Source: Corynebacterium glutamicum ATCC 13032 (lineage in GTDB: Bacteria; Actinomycetota; Actinomycetes; Mycobacteriales; Mycobacteriaceae). Taken from it: a stretch of 32,000 bases of DNA. The stretch is taken from positions 2,490,001-2,522,000 of the forward strand of contig NC_003450.3 in assembly GCF_000011325.1 (NCBI RefSeq). Reading direction: 5' to 3'. Made by a program: the position numbers and the translations under genes. Below are positions 1 to 9,693 of the stretch, in pieces. The notes under the pieces were generated by a model that saw only the letters and a program-made list of their open reading frames with translations, searched no databases and had not been told where the DNA came from. Every line of letters starts with the position of its first letter. Within the stretch, counting starts at the first letter, position 1.

Positions 1-224
1 GGTGTTTGATAGGTTTCCGCCAACGCCGCCATGGTGGGTGGATTCACGGGTTTCTCACGGGTGAAAAACCAACCGACAAAAGCCACAACGAGAACGATGC
101 ACACGATCAACGCATGCTTGATGGAAATCTGAAACCGAGGCGTGGGATAGTTCACGCGCATGAGGTCTTCTGTACCCGTGGGCTGGGTAAGACCTTTAAG
201 GCGTGCTGCAATATCCGGCTTCAT
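1..224 (-). CDS. Partial CDS (5' part only, runs off the window edge): membrane-anchored protein, possibly ComEA-like
   Basis: Own translation of the minus strand from ATG at 224-222 gives MKPDIAARLKGLTQPTGTEDLMRVNYPTPRFQISIKHALIVCIVLVVAFVGWFFTREKPVNPPTMAALAETYQT..., open to position 1. It has one hydrophobic helix. It is absent from the ORF track because it is truncated. The ComEA idea comes only from typical actinobacterial gene order downstream of degV. Confidence 0.4.
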   Translation of the reverse strand, partial: MKPDIAARLKGLTQPTGTEDLMRVNYPTPRFQISIKHALIVCIVLVVAFVGWFFTREKPVNPPTMAALAETYQT

Positions 225-287
225 GCAGCACAGACTAAATGCAGTGGCGCCCTTAATCTAGCAAGGCGTCAGCACGGCTGTGGATAA

Positions 288-1112
288 CTATTTCGCGCCG
301 GCTTTACCTGTGGACAACTCCGGGGCCTGGTTGGCAAACACCGCAGAAACTGATACCGCGCCGGGGCCGGAATGCACGGCAAGAGTGGGATCGATGTCCA
401 CGCTCATGAAGCTGGAGCCTTCAGGCAGTGCGTTTCGCAGCAATTCTTCCAACTGCTTTGCTGCTTCGCGGGCCTCGTTTTGGCCAATCGCAATGAATAC
501 GGGTTCACCATCTGCCCTGATCTGGGCTAATTCCACCAATTTGGCAAACGCTTTAGATTGGGTGCGGGTCTTAGCGGCGATCTCCATGCGACCACCGTTG
601 AAACGCATGATGGGGCGGGTTGCCAGAGCCGTTGACACCATGGCGGTTGCAGTGGAAATCCGTCCCGACTTCCAGATTTCATCAATGCGGTGCAGGTAGA
701 TCCAGGTTTCTGAACGCTTCAAGGTATCCACCGCGATGTCGTAGCATTCCTGCAAAGACGCGCCATCTTTAGCCATGCGGGCAGCAGCCATCGCGGCAGC
801 ACCCACAGCCATACCGAGCGAACTGGTATCCACCACGCGCACAGAATCATCATCAAACACAGCGGCTGCTGTCACCGCTGCGGACCACGTGGACGAGAGC
901 TCTTTAGAAATATGCAGCGCAAGCACACCGTCATCGCCACCGCGTTCAAGCTGGCGGGCGTAACTTGCTGCAAGTTCCAACGACGACAACCCGGATGTAC
1001 TGCGTTCTTCACCGTTATTCATCACGTGCAAGTTAATCACCGTGATGTCGAGGTCCTCGGCCACATGCGTTGGCAAGCATGCGGAGGAATCAACAATTAC
1101 CCGAACTGGCAT
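288..1112 (-). CDS. DegV family (fatty-acid-binding) protein
   Basis: 274-aa ORF with overall DegV-family resemblance (N-terminal VIVDSSACLP, length about 275 aa). It is co-directional with the upstream rsfS/phosphatase genes and separated by a 36-bp gap. Confidence 0.8.
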   Translation of the reverse strand: MPVRVIVDSSACLPTHVAEDLDITVINLHVMNNGEERSTSGLSSLELAASYARQLERGGDDGVLALHISKELSSTWSAAVTAAAVFDDDSVRVVDTSSLGMAVGAAAMAAARMAKDGASLQECYDIAVDTLKRSETWIYLHRIDEIWKSGRISTATAMVSTALATRPIMRFNGGRMEIAAKTRTQSKAFAKLVELAQIRADGEPVFIAIGQNEAREAAKQLEELLRNALPEGSSFMSVDIDPTLAVHSGPGAVSVSAVFANQAPELSTGKAGAK

Positions 1113-1148
1113 CGCCTTTACTCCTCCACATTTTTATTGCCATCTTCT

Positions 1149-1859
1149 TTACTGCGTAACACCCATGTTCCAGCCGTCAAGATACCACTGGGCGTTTTCC
1201 ACATTGTTGCCCTCAAAATGAGGGCTGTTGGAAACCGCCGAAGAAATCTTGAGGTCATCTTCTGGGTTCTCACTACCTGCATAATAGCGAGGTCGGGCGG
1301 TCAATTGTGCCCAACAGGTATTTCCAAGTCCAGAGAACATGGGGTACTGATCATACGCCAGGTCCAAAAGATTCGAGGTCAGCGCATTAATCGTGCCACC
1401 GTGAGCCACGATGAGCACGGTGCCTTCATCCCAATCATCAAGCGACACCATCAACTCGTCGACAACTTGGCGTGCCCGGCGCGCAACATCCACGCGCGAT
1501 TCGCCGCCGGGTGGTGCCCACTGCGGATCGTGGCGCCATTGAGCGCGCGCACCTGGATATTCGGAATCCACCTCAGTGTGGGTTTTGGCCTGCCACTCAC
1601 CCAAATGCGTTTCCCGAAGACGCTTATCGACGCGCACCTCCGCGTCAATCAGCGCCGCAACCGCGCTTGCGGTGTTGAAGGCGCGGGAAAGATCCGAGCT
1701 GAACACATGGGTGATGTTTTTTTGAACCAGCACTGAGGCTGCGCTGGCCGCCTGTTGAAAGCCCAGGTCAGACAGCTCTGTGTCCAATTGTCCCTGCATT
1801 CGGGACGTGGCGTTGTATTCAGTCTGCCCGTGTCGGAGCAGAATCAGGCGACGAGTCAC
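1149..1859 (-). CDS. Histidine phosphatase superfamily protein (phosphoglycerate mutase-like, GpmB-type)
   Basis: 236 aa. It carries the N-terminal LLRHGQT (RHG catalytic motif) and a second catalytic His in IVAHGGT. Only 11 bp separate it from the rsfS stop. Confidence 0.85.
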   Translation of the reverse strand: MTRRLILLRHGQTEYNATSRMQGQLDTELSDLGFQQAASAASVLVQKNITHVFSSDLSRAFNTASAVAALIDAEVRVDKRLRETHLGEWQAKTHTEVDSEYPGARAQWRHDPQWAPPGGESRVDVARRARQVVDELMVSLDDWDEGTVLIVAHGGTINALTSNLLDLAYDQYPMFSGLGNTCWAQLTARPRYYAGSENPEDDLKISSAVSNSPHFEGNNVENAQWYLDGWNMGVTQ

Positions 1860-1870
1860 AGGACTACCTC

Positions 1871-2344
1871 TTAATCGTCCTCGTAGCCAGGCTCGTATTC
1901 AGCTGGCAAAGGTGGGAGTTCATCAATGCTGTCGATGTTGCGGATATCCGCCTCATCAGACCAGGAGGATTCACGCTTGAAGGTTTCAAGTCCTTCAATT
2001 TCAATGAGTGGGCAGTCGCGGTACAGACGATCCAGTCCGTAGAACTCGCGCTCTGCCTGTCGCTGAACGTGGATAACAACCAATCCGTAGTCAAGGAGAA
2101 CCCAACGGTTTTCGCGGTTGCCTTCACGGCGCTTAGGCTCGAAACCAGCCTTGGTCATCTCATCTTCGATCTCCTCAACAATGGCGCCCACCTGGCGCTC
2201 ATTGTCAGCAGATGCAACAACAAAGCAATCGGTGATTGCGATCATGTCAGAGACATCGATGACAGCGATGTCATCGGCCTTCTTTTCATCCGCTGCTTTC
2301 GCCGCGATGGTCGCGATGCGGATCGACTCTTCAAGTGCAGACAC
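1871..2344 (-). CDS. rsfS: Ribosome silencing factor RsfS (iojap family)
   Basis: 157 aa. Core AKAADEKKADDIAVIDVSDMIAITDCFVVASADNERQVGAIVEEIE...WVLLDYGLVVIHVQ is typical RsfS, followed by an acidic C-terminal tail. It lies downstream of nadD, as in most bacteria. Confidence 0.9.
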   Translation of the reverse strand: MSALEESIRIATIAAKAADEKKADDIAVIDVSDMIAITDCFVVASADNERQVGAIVEEIEDEMTKAGFEPKRREGNRENRWVLLDYGLVVIHVQRQAEREFYGLDRLYRDCPLIEIEGLETFKRESSWSDEADIRNIDSIDELPPLPAEYEPGYEDD

Positions 2345-2498
2345 AAAATTCCTTAAAACAGCTCATGTGGTTCCTCACCCTTTTTTAGGGTCCGAACCGA
2401 CGCTGCGGAGAGATTCCGCAACGTCAACCCTTCCCAGTTTTCCACGAAGCAGGGTGATTCACCTACTTTTGGCAAGAAGTTGAAACTTTTGACTAGAT

Positions 2499-3155
2499 TT
2501 ATGCTTGGTTTTGGCCCTTGGGATCCATATCCTTATCGGATCCTTCAGGTCGATAGAGTTGGCGTTTGGCAATGTATTGCACCACGCCATCAGGGACAAG
2601 ATACCAAACAGGGCGTTCTTCGCTGGAGCGTTCTCTGCAGTCCGTGGAGGAAATAGCCATGGCGGGGATATCCACCAATGAGACTCGATCTTGGTGCATT
2701 TCCGGAATGATGTTTCCATCCAATTCATAACCGGGTCGAGTCACTCCAACGAAGTGGGCAAGTTCGAAGGTTTTCTCCCAATCGCGCCACGTCACGATCT
2801 GTGCCAGTGCATCGGCACCGGTGATGAAGTACAGCTGGGCGTCCGGGTATTGCTTGCTCAAATCTTGCAGGGTATCGATCGTGTAAGTATCCCCTCCCCG
2901 ATCAATATCAACCCGCGATACCATAAACCGTGGATTAGAGGCAGTGGCGATCACCGTCATCAGGTAACGATCTTCCGCTGGGCTGACTTTCTTGTTCGCC
3001 TTTTGCCATGGCTGTCCGGTGGGAACGTACACCACCAGATCAAGATCGAATCGATCCGCTACCTCTGAGCCCGCCACAAGGTGACCATTATGAATGGGGT
3101 CAAATGTGCCACCCATGATGCCAATGCGAGCGCGGCGTTTCACCGTTGTAGTCAT
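2499..3155 (-). CDS. nadD: Nicotinate-nucleotide adenylyltransferase
   Basis: [15 protein letters not shown] (HxGH nucleotidyltransferase motif) and full-length NadD resemblance. The ORF is open to a GTG at 3179. I prefer ATG 3155 ([12 protein letters not shown]...) because a TATACT -10-like hexamer sits 8 nt upstream, which suggests a leaderless transcript. The start is uncertain. Confidence 0.85.
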   Translation of the reverse strand: MTTTVKRRARIGIMGGTFDPIHNGHLVAGSEVADRFDLDLVVYVPTGQPWQKANKKVSPAEDRYLMTVIATASNPRFMVSRVDIDRGGDTYTIDTLQDLSKQYPDAQLYFITGADALAQIVTWRDWEKTFELAHFVGVTRPGYELDGNIIPEMHQDRVSLVDIPAMAISSTDCRERSSEERPVWYLVPDGVVQYIAKRQLYRPEGSDKDMDPKGQNQA

Positions 3156-3163
3156 GAGTGGAC

Positions 3164-3169
3164 AGTATA
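3164..3169 (-). promoter_or_regulatory. Candidate -10 hexamer (TATACT on the minus strand) for a leaderless nadD transcript
   Basis: The minus strand reads cacTATACTgtccactcATG, with 8 nt between the hexamer and ATG 3155 and no Shine-Dalgarno sequence. Leaderless mRNAs are common in corynebacteria (established knowledge). Confidence 0.3.
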
Positions 3170-3212
3170 GTGTTCGCACACCACCTTGCTGAGCATGCGT
3201 CCTCGCGAGTTT

Positions 3213-4238
3213 TTAGGCAGCTTCAATCCACGATGCGACTTCGTCAAAAATCTGCTCATCCCACGGTTGGGTGGTAACGAAGTATTGCACGTGTACTCGA
3301 CCTGGACGGATATTTCCGGTGCTCAATTGCGCAGCTGCTATAGAGGATCCCGCAGCAGAGAACTGTTCAAAAGAACGATCGCACACGATGTCTCCAGGCA
3401 GGCAGTAGCTCACCTTGAAAGGATTGTCCTCGACGGGCTCCACGGAACTAGCCAAGCCTCCCGTGGTTACTTCATGCCCAACAAGTGTTGGATCATCAAC
3501 TTGTTGCGCTGGATTCGCGATGTGCAGGGTGCCGAGGTACTGATCCCTCGCAATCAACTCCTCTTCATAGCCATCAACGATGAGGACACCTTGAGAATAA
3601 CCCGCCAACAGGTACTTCGGCGTGCACCCTGTCGCTGATTCAAAGCGATCAATCGCGCTGATGACATTGTCGCGACCACTAGAAATGGAAGTGCCCAATT
3701 CAATGGCGCTGCTTCCCTCCGAAGACAGTGGCAAAGAAGCAGGGTATTCGATATTATTCAGACCCATCACGTAGACGTCTTTCATCAACGACTCGCCAGT
3801 CGATTCACGGTAGTGTTTTTCCATTCGGCCAAAGAAACTACGAAAGTTTTTTTCCTCAAATCCATTGGATGTCCATGGAGATTCCTCGCTGTATCGCGCG
3901 GGTCGGATTTGAAGGTTTTGTTCACTGCCTCGTGCGACCACAGCAACAACGGCTGGGCATTCACCAATTTGCGGTGGATCAAACACCTCTTCATACAGGT
4001 CTGGGGTGAGGTCAGGGTGAATAGATATATGGCTGTCATCCAAAGGATCAAGAAGCCGCTCGATAAAAGACTCATGGGATTCTGGAAAAAGTAAATCCCA
4101 CAGCCCGCTAGATCCCGCTGAAGAACCAGAGGATCCAGAAGAGCCACTGCTTTGTGCCTGAGCTGTTGGAGTCGCAGCAACACACGCCGCGATGACCGCT
4201 ATGCCAGCAAGAAACCGACGGAAGTTTGTGACAGACAT
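3213..4238 (-). CDS. Secreted cutinase-like serine esterase with a twin-arginine-type signal peptide
   Basis: 341 aa. The N-terminus MSVTNFRRFLAGIAVIAACVAATPTAQA-Q matches RRxFL plus a hydrophobic region plus AxA. A Ser/Gly linker follows (SSGSSGSSGSSAGSSG). GYSQG is the cutinase nucleophile pentapeptide, and C-LPG-D-IVC-D matches cutinase signature 2 (C-x3-D-x-[IV]-C). The SD GGGGAG lies upstream of the ATG. Confidence 0.7.
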   Translation of the reverse strand: MSVTNFRRFLAGIAVIAACVAATPTAQAQSSGSSGSSGSSAGSSGLWDLLFPESHESFIERLLDPLDDSHISIHPDLTPDLYEEVFDPPQIGECPAVVAVVARGSEQNLQIRPARYSEESPWTSNGFEEKNFRSFFGRMEKHYRESTGESLMKDVYVMGLNNIEYPASLPLSSEGSSAIELGTSISSGRDNVISAIDRFESATGCTPKYLLAGYSQGVLIVDGYEEELIARDQYLGTLHIANPAQQVDDPTLVGHEVTTGGLASSVEPVEDNPFKVSYCLPGDIVCDRSFEQFSAAGSSIAAAQLSTGNIRPGRVHVQYFVTTQPWDEQIFDEVASWIEAA

Positions 4239-4240
4239 GA

Positions 4241-4320
4241 AAGCTCCCCTGCTGACAAGTTGGTATGAAATCTTTTATTAACTAAATAAAAGACTACAAC
4301 GAGTCCTCACAGGGGAGCTT
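4241..4320 (-). promoter_or_regulatory. Perfect 11-bp inverted repeat (AAGCTCCCCTG / CAGGGGAGCTT) spanning the esterase ribosome-binding site; also a possible proA-distal hairpin
   Basis: The arms lie at 4241-4251 and 4310-4320 with a 58-nt AT-rich spacer. On the minus-strand RNA the 3' arm contains the GGGGAG SD, which ends 4 nt before ATG 4238, and the 5' arm supplies a CTCCCC anti-SD. Confidence 0.4.
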
Positions 4321-4336
4321 GATTACTTCTTCAAAC

Positions 4337-5635
4337 TTAAGGCCTAATTTGTCCTGTGCCCTGCAGAATCCACTTGGTGGAGGTCAGCTCTGGCAGGGCC
4401 ATTGGTCCACGTGCATGCAGTTTCTGGGTGGAAATGCCGATCTCCGCGCCCATGCCGTACTGCTCCCCATCGGTGTAGGCGGTGGATGCGTTTATCATCA
4501 CCGCTGCTGCATCGACGCGATCTGCAAAGCGCTGAGCGGTTTCAATGTTTTGGGTGGCGATCGCTTCGGTGTGCTTGGTGCTGTACTTAGCGATGTGTGC
4601 CAGAGCTCCATCCACACCGTCAACCACAGCGACAGCGATATCGAAGGACAGGTACTCAGAATCCCAGTCAGTTTCAGTTGCTTCCACCACGTCGGTTGCA
4701 CCGAATGCTTCCAATTCGGCCACCCGTCCATGAATTGTGACTCCTGCTTCCTGGAGCGCCTGGACGACTGCAAGCTTGTCTGAGTCGCTGAGGGCGGCGT
4801 CGAGAAGCGCGGTTTCAGTAGCGTTGCACACGCTGCAGCGGCGGGTCTTGCCGTTGATGACCATGGCGATTGCCTGATCAAGCTTGGCTTCGGCATCGAT
4901 GTAGAAGTGGCAGTTGCCGGTGCCGGTTTCAATGGTGGGCACGGTCGCACCGGTGACCACTGCGTTGATTAGTCCTGCGCCGCCGCGTGGGATGACCACG
5001 TCAACGAGGCCGCGTGCGGTGATCAAATCTTGGACGGATCCGCGGGTTTGGCAAGGCAGCAACTGCACGGTTTCGCGTGGCAGCTCGAAACGCTCGAGGA
5101 CGTCCTGCAGGATTTCCACGAGCTTGGTGTTGGAATGCACAGCTGTGGAGGAACCGCGCAGCAAAGCTACGTTTCCGGACTTGAGTGCCAGGCCGAAGGC
5201 GTCGACGGTGACGTTAGGGCGGGCTTCATAGACCATGCCCATCACGCCCAAAGGCACACGGACCTGCTTCATCTGAATGCCGTTTTCCATGACATGTCCG
5301 CGCAGTACTTCACCCACTGGGTCGGTCAGGCCAGCAACCTGGCGCAAACCGCCAGCGATGCCCTCAATGCGAGATTCATCAAGGGCAAGGCGATCAATCA
5401 TGGATTCTTCCATGCCGTTTGCGCGACCCGCTTCGATATCGGAAGCGTTGGCTTCGATGATTTCTGCGCTGCGTGCAACGAGTTCATCTGCCGCCGCACG
5501 CAGGATTGCGTTCTTCGGTCCGGTGCCCAACACTGCAATATCCGGGACGATGTTCTTAGCTGCAGTTGCTTTAGCTAGAACTTCGGTCCGCTCATTGTCG
5601 CGAATTTGGTCATCAGTTAGGGTCGTTGAACTCAT
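4337..5635 (-). CDS. proA: Gamma-glutamyl phosphate reductase
   Basis: 432 aa with full-length ProA (aldehyde dehydrogenase fold) resemblance, including the GTGNCH region. It lies in the proB-proA neighbourhood. Confidence 0.93.
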   Translation of the reverse strand: MSSTTLTDDQIRDNERTEVLAKATAAKNIVPDIAVLGTGPKNAILRAAADELVARSAEIIEANASDIEAGRANGMEESMIDRLALDESRIEGIAGGLRQVAGLTDPVGEVLRGHVMENGIQMKQVRVPLGVMGMVYEARPNVTVDAFGLALKSGNVALLRGSSTAVHSNTKLVEILQDVLERFELPRETVQLLPCQTRGSVQDLITARGLVDVVIPRGGAGLINAVVTGATVPTIETGTGNCHFYIDAEAKLDQAIAMVINGKTRRCSVCNATETALLDAALSDSDKLAVVQALQEAGVTIHGRVAELEAFGATDVVEATETDWDSEYLSFDIAVAVVDGVDGALAHIAKYSTKHTEAIATQNIETAQRFADRVDAAAVMINASTAYTDGEQYGMGAEIGISTQKLHARGPMALPELTSTKWILQGTGQIRP

Positions 5636-5693
5636 GGTTGCCCACTATACAGACCCTTAAGAAGCAACAGTGTCGGATCACACCATAAAAGGC

Positions 5694-6608
5694 CTAGTAG
5701 CCAGCCACCACATCGACCTCGGTGGCCATCTGCTCGCCTGCCTCAAACAACTCAATGTTGCGCAAGGTGAGTTCGCCGGTCAAAGCACGAATCCTCTCAT
5801 TCGTGTTTGCAGTATGAGGAGTGATAACCACATTGTCCATCTCCCACAGCGGGTGGCTGTCAGGAAGTGGCTCAGGATCGGTAACGTCCAGCGCAGCACC
5901 CGCAATGGTGCCGTTGTTCAATGCATCCACCAGATCATCGGTGTTGATCAGCGGGCCACGCCCCACATTGACCACCACGGCAGAAGGCTTCATCTTGCCC
6001 AAAGTTTCTGCATTGACGATCTGATAAGTGGCATCAGTCAGCGGCAGGATGAGCACAAACACATCAGCCTCAGCCCACACGTGCTCAGCCTTATCCATGG
6101 CGAAGGTTTCATCTGCACCTTCCACCGGACGACCAGAGTTATTAACCGCAATGGTCTTCACGTTGAACGGCTTGAGCATTTCCAGCAGACGCACGCCAAT
6201 GCCACCGGCGCCCAAAATAGCGACAGTTTTATTGTCATGCAGCCATGACTTGTTGTTTTCCACCTCAGGCCGCACGCTCCACGACTTAGCCAAACGAGTC
6301 GTCGCATGCATGTGCATCTGCGCCAGAATTAAACCAATGGTGGACTCAGCAACGGTGTCAGCGTACAGGCCAGCCGCGTTTGCCCAACGTGCCTTCTCAT
6401 TGACGACACCACGCTTGACCAGCGCATCAATACCCGCCATGGAGGCCTGCACGAACTTGATGTTCTCCGGCAAATCCGGGAACTCCGGCGCTGAACCATT
6501 AAAGAAAATGAAGTCTGCATCTTTAATATCCTCAACCCGCTCATGTCCGCCACCCTCAATGACAGCGGTCGTGGACTCCCACAAATGCGGATACATAACA
6601 AACTTCAT
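5694..6608 (-). CDS. D-isomer-specific 2-hydroxyacid dehydrogenase family, NAD-binding
   Basis: 304 aa. It carries the [11 protein letters not shown] Rossmann motif and [15 protein letters not shown]...[12 protein letters not shown]...ITPHTA (catalytic Arg/Glu/His region). It sits between proB and proA, matching the dehydrogenase gene reported between proB and proA in C. glutamicum. Confidence 0.85.
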
Positions 6609-6667
6609 CGTCTTAAACTCCTTTAAAAATGCTTTTCGACGCCACCCGCCACCAGCAGGCCCGCGCT

Positions 6668-7777
6668 TTACGCGCGGCTGGCGTAGTTGGACAGATAATC
6701 TGCATGCACTACCGGGCGCTGCATGCCATCTGGAAGGTCCTGCGTTTGCATACCAACCATTGATTGCAAGGTATCAGAATCGTAGGACACCTCGCCTCGC
6801 CCGATGATTTGGCCGGCAGGTCCCAAGATCTCCACGATCTCACCCTGCTGGAAATCACCAATGATTTCAGTAATGCCCACAGCCAGCAAAGATTTACCAC
6901 CGGAGGTCACTGCTTCCACCGCGCCGTCATCGAGTCGGATCTTTCCTGCAGTATCTGCGGCATACAAAGCCCAGAACTTCCACGCGGAGAGGCGGTTGTC
7001 CTTGGGGTGGAATACAGTGCCCACCTGGGCGTCTTCCAGTGCTGGGCCAATGTTTGCCGCAGAGGTCAACAGCACAGGCACGCCACTTCGGGAAGCCAAA
7101 CGTGCAGCAGACACCTTTGATGCCATGCCACCGGTGCCCACTTTTCCGCCGTCGCCGGCAATGACACCTTTCAAATCATTGCCGTCACGAACCTCGGAAA
7201 TAAACTTCGCGGTGGGATCAGTAGGGTTTTTATCAAAAAGTCCATCCACGTCACTGAGCAGCACCAAAGCATCAGCCGACACCAGGTGCGCCACAATTGC
7301 AGCAAGTCGGTCGTTGTCACCAAAATTCACACCGGTGGTTGCCACGGTGTCATTTTCATTGACGATAGGAACCGCGCCCAAAATGCGCAGCTTGTCGATG
7401 GTACGCTGCGCATTCCTCGCACGATCACGCTTTCCTGCATCAGCTGCGGTAAGAAGCACCTGGCCGATGGGGCGACCATACCGGGCAAAAGAACGTCCCC
7501 ACTGGTGCATGAGGTGAACTTGCCCCACTGCTGCTGCAGCCTGCTTGACTGCCAATTCCGTGGGCCGGGTGCTCAATCCAAGCGGGGCCATTCCCGCGGC
7601 CACTGCGCCAGAGGACACAACGATGAGGTCCGAGCCAGCTTCCATGCGTGCTTGCAAGGCATTGACAATAGTGTTGATGCGGTTGGGATCGACGGTGTGT
7701 CCGTCCTCATCGTTAGTCAATGAGGACGAACCAATTTTCACCACCACTCGCTTAGCGTTGGAGATGCGCTCACGCAT
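6668..7777 (-). CDS. proB: Glutamate 5-kinase
   Basis: [21 protein letters not shown]... shows an amino-acid kinase fold plus a C-terminal PUA domain. The 369-aa product from ATG 7777 fits the usual ProB length. The frame stays open upstream to 8149 (see findings and rejected items). Confidence 0.9.
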
Positions 7778-8006
7778 TCCGGATTCATGTCCGTATGCGG
7801 CGCTGTCTTTGGTGTCCGGATCCACTGCCGGGAAGCTCGCACCGATGCTTGCTTCCTGGCTGTAGGGGGTGACAGGAAGCCCTGTCACCGGCGCCATTTG
7901 GGTTGGCGTTGGGAGATTATCCCGTAATCGAACGCTTTCAGGTGTGTTCTGCGTATCATTCATAGCGTTACCATCGTATACACGTAGACCTGAAAAGTGC
8001 TCGGTT

Positions 8007-9512
8007 TTATCCTTCCCAGCGTTCGCGGGAAGCCTCTTGGTCCTCGCCATAATCCAACTCATCGATGAGGCCACGACGTACCTGAGATGCGCGTTTACGC
8101 TCTGCAGCAGAGATACGAGAGGTCTGTTCAAGGCGCACATCGGTGCCACGTCCGGTAAGGACTGGATCGTCGCCAGCGGTGGTCATTGGCTCCCACTCGA
8201 AGGAAATGCCTCCGATGGTGACGTTTGCACCCACATGTGCTCCTGCCTTACGAAGCCCGTCCTCAATGCCCAACTTGGCCAGACGGTCAGCCAGGTAGCC
8301 AACTGCTTCGTCGTTTTCAAAGTCGGTCTGCAAAATCCAGCGCTCTGGCTTTTCGCCGGTGATGATGAATCCGCCCTGAACCTCTGGGTCAGGCTTGATC
8401 TGGAACTGCCCCTTAGTGCGGTGATCAACAGCCTTAGGCTTAATGATGACAGACTCAGCCTTCTCCTTTGGACGCTTCTTTCGGGCATCCTGGACGATTT
8501 CCAGCAGCTTGTACTTCAAAGGATCCAAGCCCTTGCGTGCCACTGCGGAGATAATGAACACGGGCCATCCGAATTGCTTCTCAATATCTTCTTTGAGGAA
8601 CTCAGCAAGCTCTTCAGCCTCAGGGACATCAGCCTTGTTCAACACAACAAGGCGAGGGCGCTGGCTCAAGTCACCAAGTCCGGTGTCTTCATCCAAAGCC
8701 GACTGGTAGGCGGCAAGTTCTGCTTCCAAAGCCTCAATATCAGAGATCGGATCGCGGCCTGGATCCATCGTTGCGGTATCGACAACGTGAACCAGCACGG
8801 AGGTGCGCTCAATGTGGCGCAAGAAATCCAGACCCAAGCCCTTGCCCTCAGAAGCACCAGGGATCAAACCAGGCACGTCTGCCATGGTGAAAGTCTCATG
8901 ACCAACGTTAACTACGCCGAGGTTTGGCTGCAGGGTGGTGAATGGGTAATCACCGATCTTTGGCTTTGCTGCAGACATCACAGAAATCAGTGATGATTTG
9001 CCGGCTGATGGGAAGCCCACCAATCCCACATCTGCCATGGATTTGAGTTCAAGAATCAAGTCGTGGGCCTCGCCTGGCTCACCGATCAGGGCGAAGCCTG
9101 GGGCCTTACGAGCCTTGGAGGCAAGCGCTGCGTTACCCAAACCGCCGTTACCGCCAGCAGCAGCGATGAACTTCATGCCCACGCTGGTCAGGTCTGCCAG
9201 AGTCTCGCCCTTTTCATTAAGCACGACAGTTCCTGGTGGAACTTCCAAGACAAGGTCCTTGCCTCGGGCACCGTTGCGATGATCGCCAGCGCCGTTAGCG
9301 CCGCGCTCGGCCTTCACGTGTGGGTGGAAGTGGAAGTCAAGCAGGGTGTGGACCTGTGCGGTGACTTCCAAGATGATGTCTCCACCGTGGCCGCCGTTGC
9401 CGCCGTCTGGTCCACCAAGTGGCTTGAATTTTTCGCGGTGCACCGAGACACAACCATTGCCGCCGTCACCTGCGGCGAGGTGTAGCACAACGCGGTCAAT
9501 AAATCGGTTCAT
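8007..9512 (-). CDS. obg: GTPase Obg/CgtA
   Basis: 501 aa. It has an N-terminal Gly-rich Obg fold ([20 protein letters not shown]), G motifs GFPSAGKSS / DVPGLI / NKAD, and a C-terminal OCT-type domain ([11 protein letters not shown]...). Confidence 0.95.
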
Positions 9513-9693
9513 AAAACGGTGTCACTCCTGATCGGGATAAAACGGGCGCCGACGTATAAGTAGAAAAATAAAGGGGGATGTGTGGGCGCCAAGGTTCTTC
9601 GATCCTACCAGTGTCAACGCCTATGTGAATAACTGAAAACTAACGATCCTATCTGATTATTTTGTGCGGTGTAGGAAAAAGTGGACAATACTG

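Noticed and set aside
6-287. 93-aa plus-strand ORF at the left edge
   Set aside because: The minus strand here encodes a better candidate: an ATG at 224 followed by a clean TM helix, co-directional with degV. The plus ORF has odd composition and no start context.
912-1736. 274-aa plus-strand ORF antisense to degV and the histidine phosphatase
   Set aside because: It is a shadow ORF opposite two well-supported genes. Its product is Arg/His/Cys-rich nonsense-like sequence with no family resemblance.
3186-3638. 150-aa plus-strand ORF opposite the cutinase-like gene
   Set aside because: It is antisense to an ORF that has a signal peptide plus two catalytic signatures, and it has no features of its own.
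4104-4154. The SSGSSGSSGSSAGSSG tract as a slipped-strand (phase-variable) DNA repeat
   Set aside because: The amino-acid repeat is encoded with mixed Ser/Gly codons (agc agt ggc tct tct gga tcc tct ggt tct tca...). There is therefore no perfect tandem DNA repeat to slip, and it is more likely just a flexible linker.
6668-8149. A 493-aa version of proB as given in the ORF track, whose 5' part overlaps the obg 3' end
   Set aside because: The kinase domain begins at [18 protein letters not shown] (ATG 7777, 369 aa, the normal ProB size). The extra 124 codons are low-complexity, overlap obg by 143 nt, and are best explained by the absence of stops in GC-rich DNA. The residual possibility of a shorter extension is listed as a low-interest finding.
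7869-8993. 374-aa plus-strand ORF antisense to obg
   Set aside because: It is fully contained opposite a canonical Obg gene, which is a typical high-GC antisense open frame. It has no motifs.
9513-9693. Possible purine riboswitch upstream of the nucleobase permease
   Set aside because: I looked for the conserved purine-riboswitch core (three-way junction with the UAUAAU...CUAC...C/U-discriminator pattern) and could not find it on the plus strand. Only two GGGCGCC copies and weak promoter-like hexamers are present.
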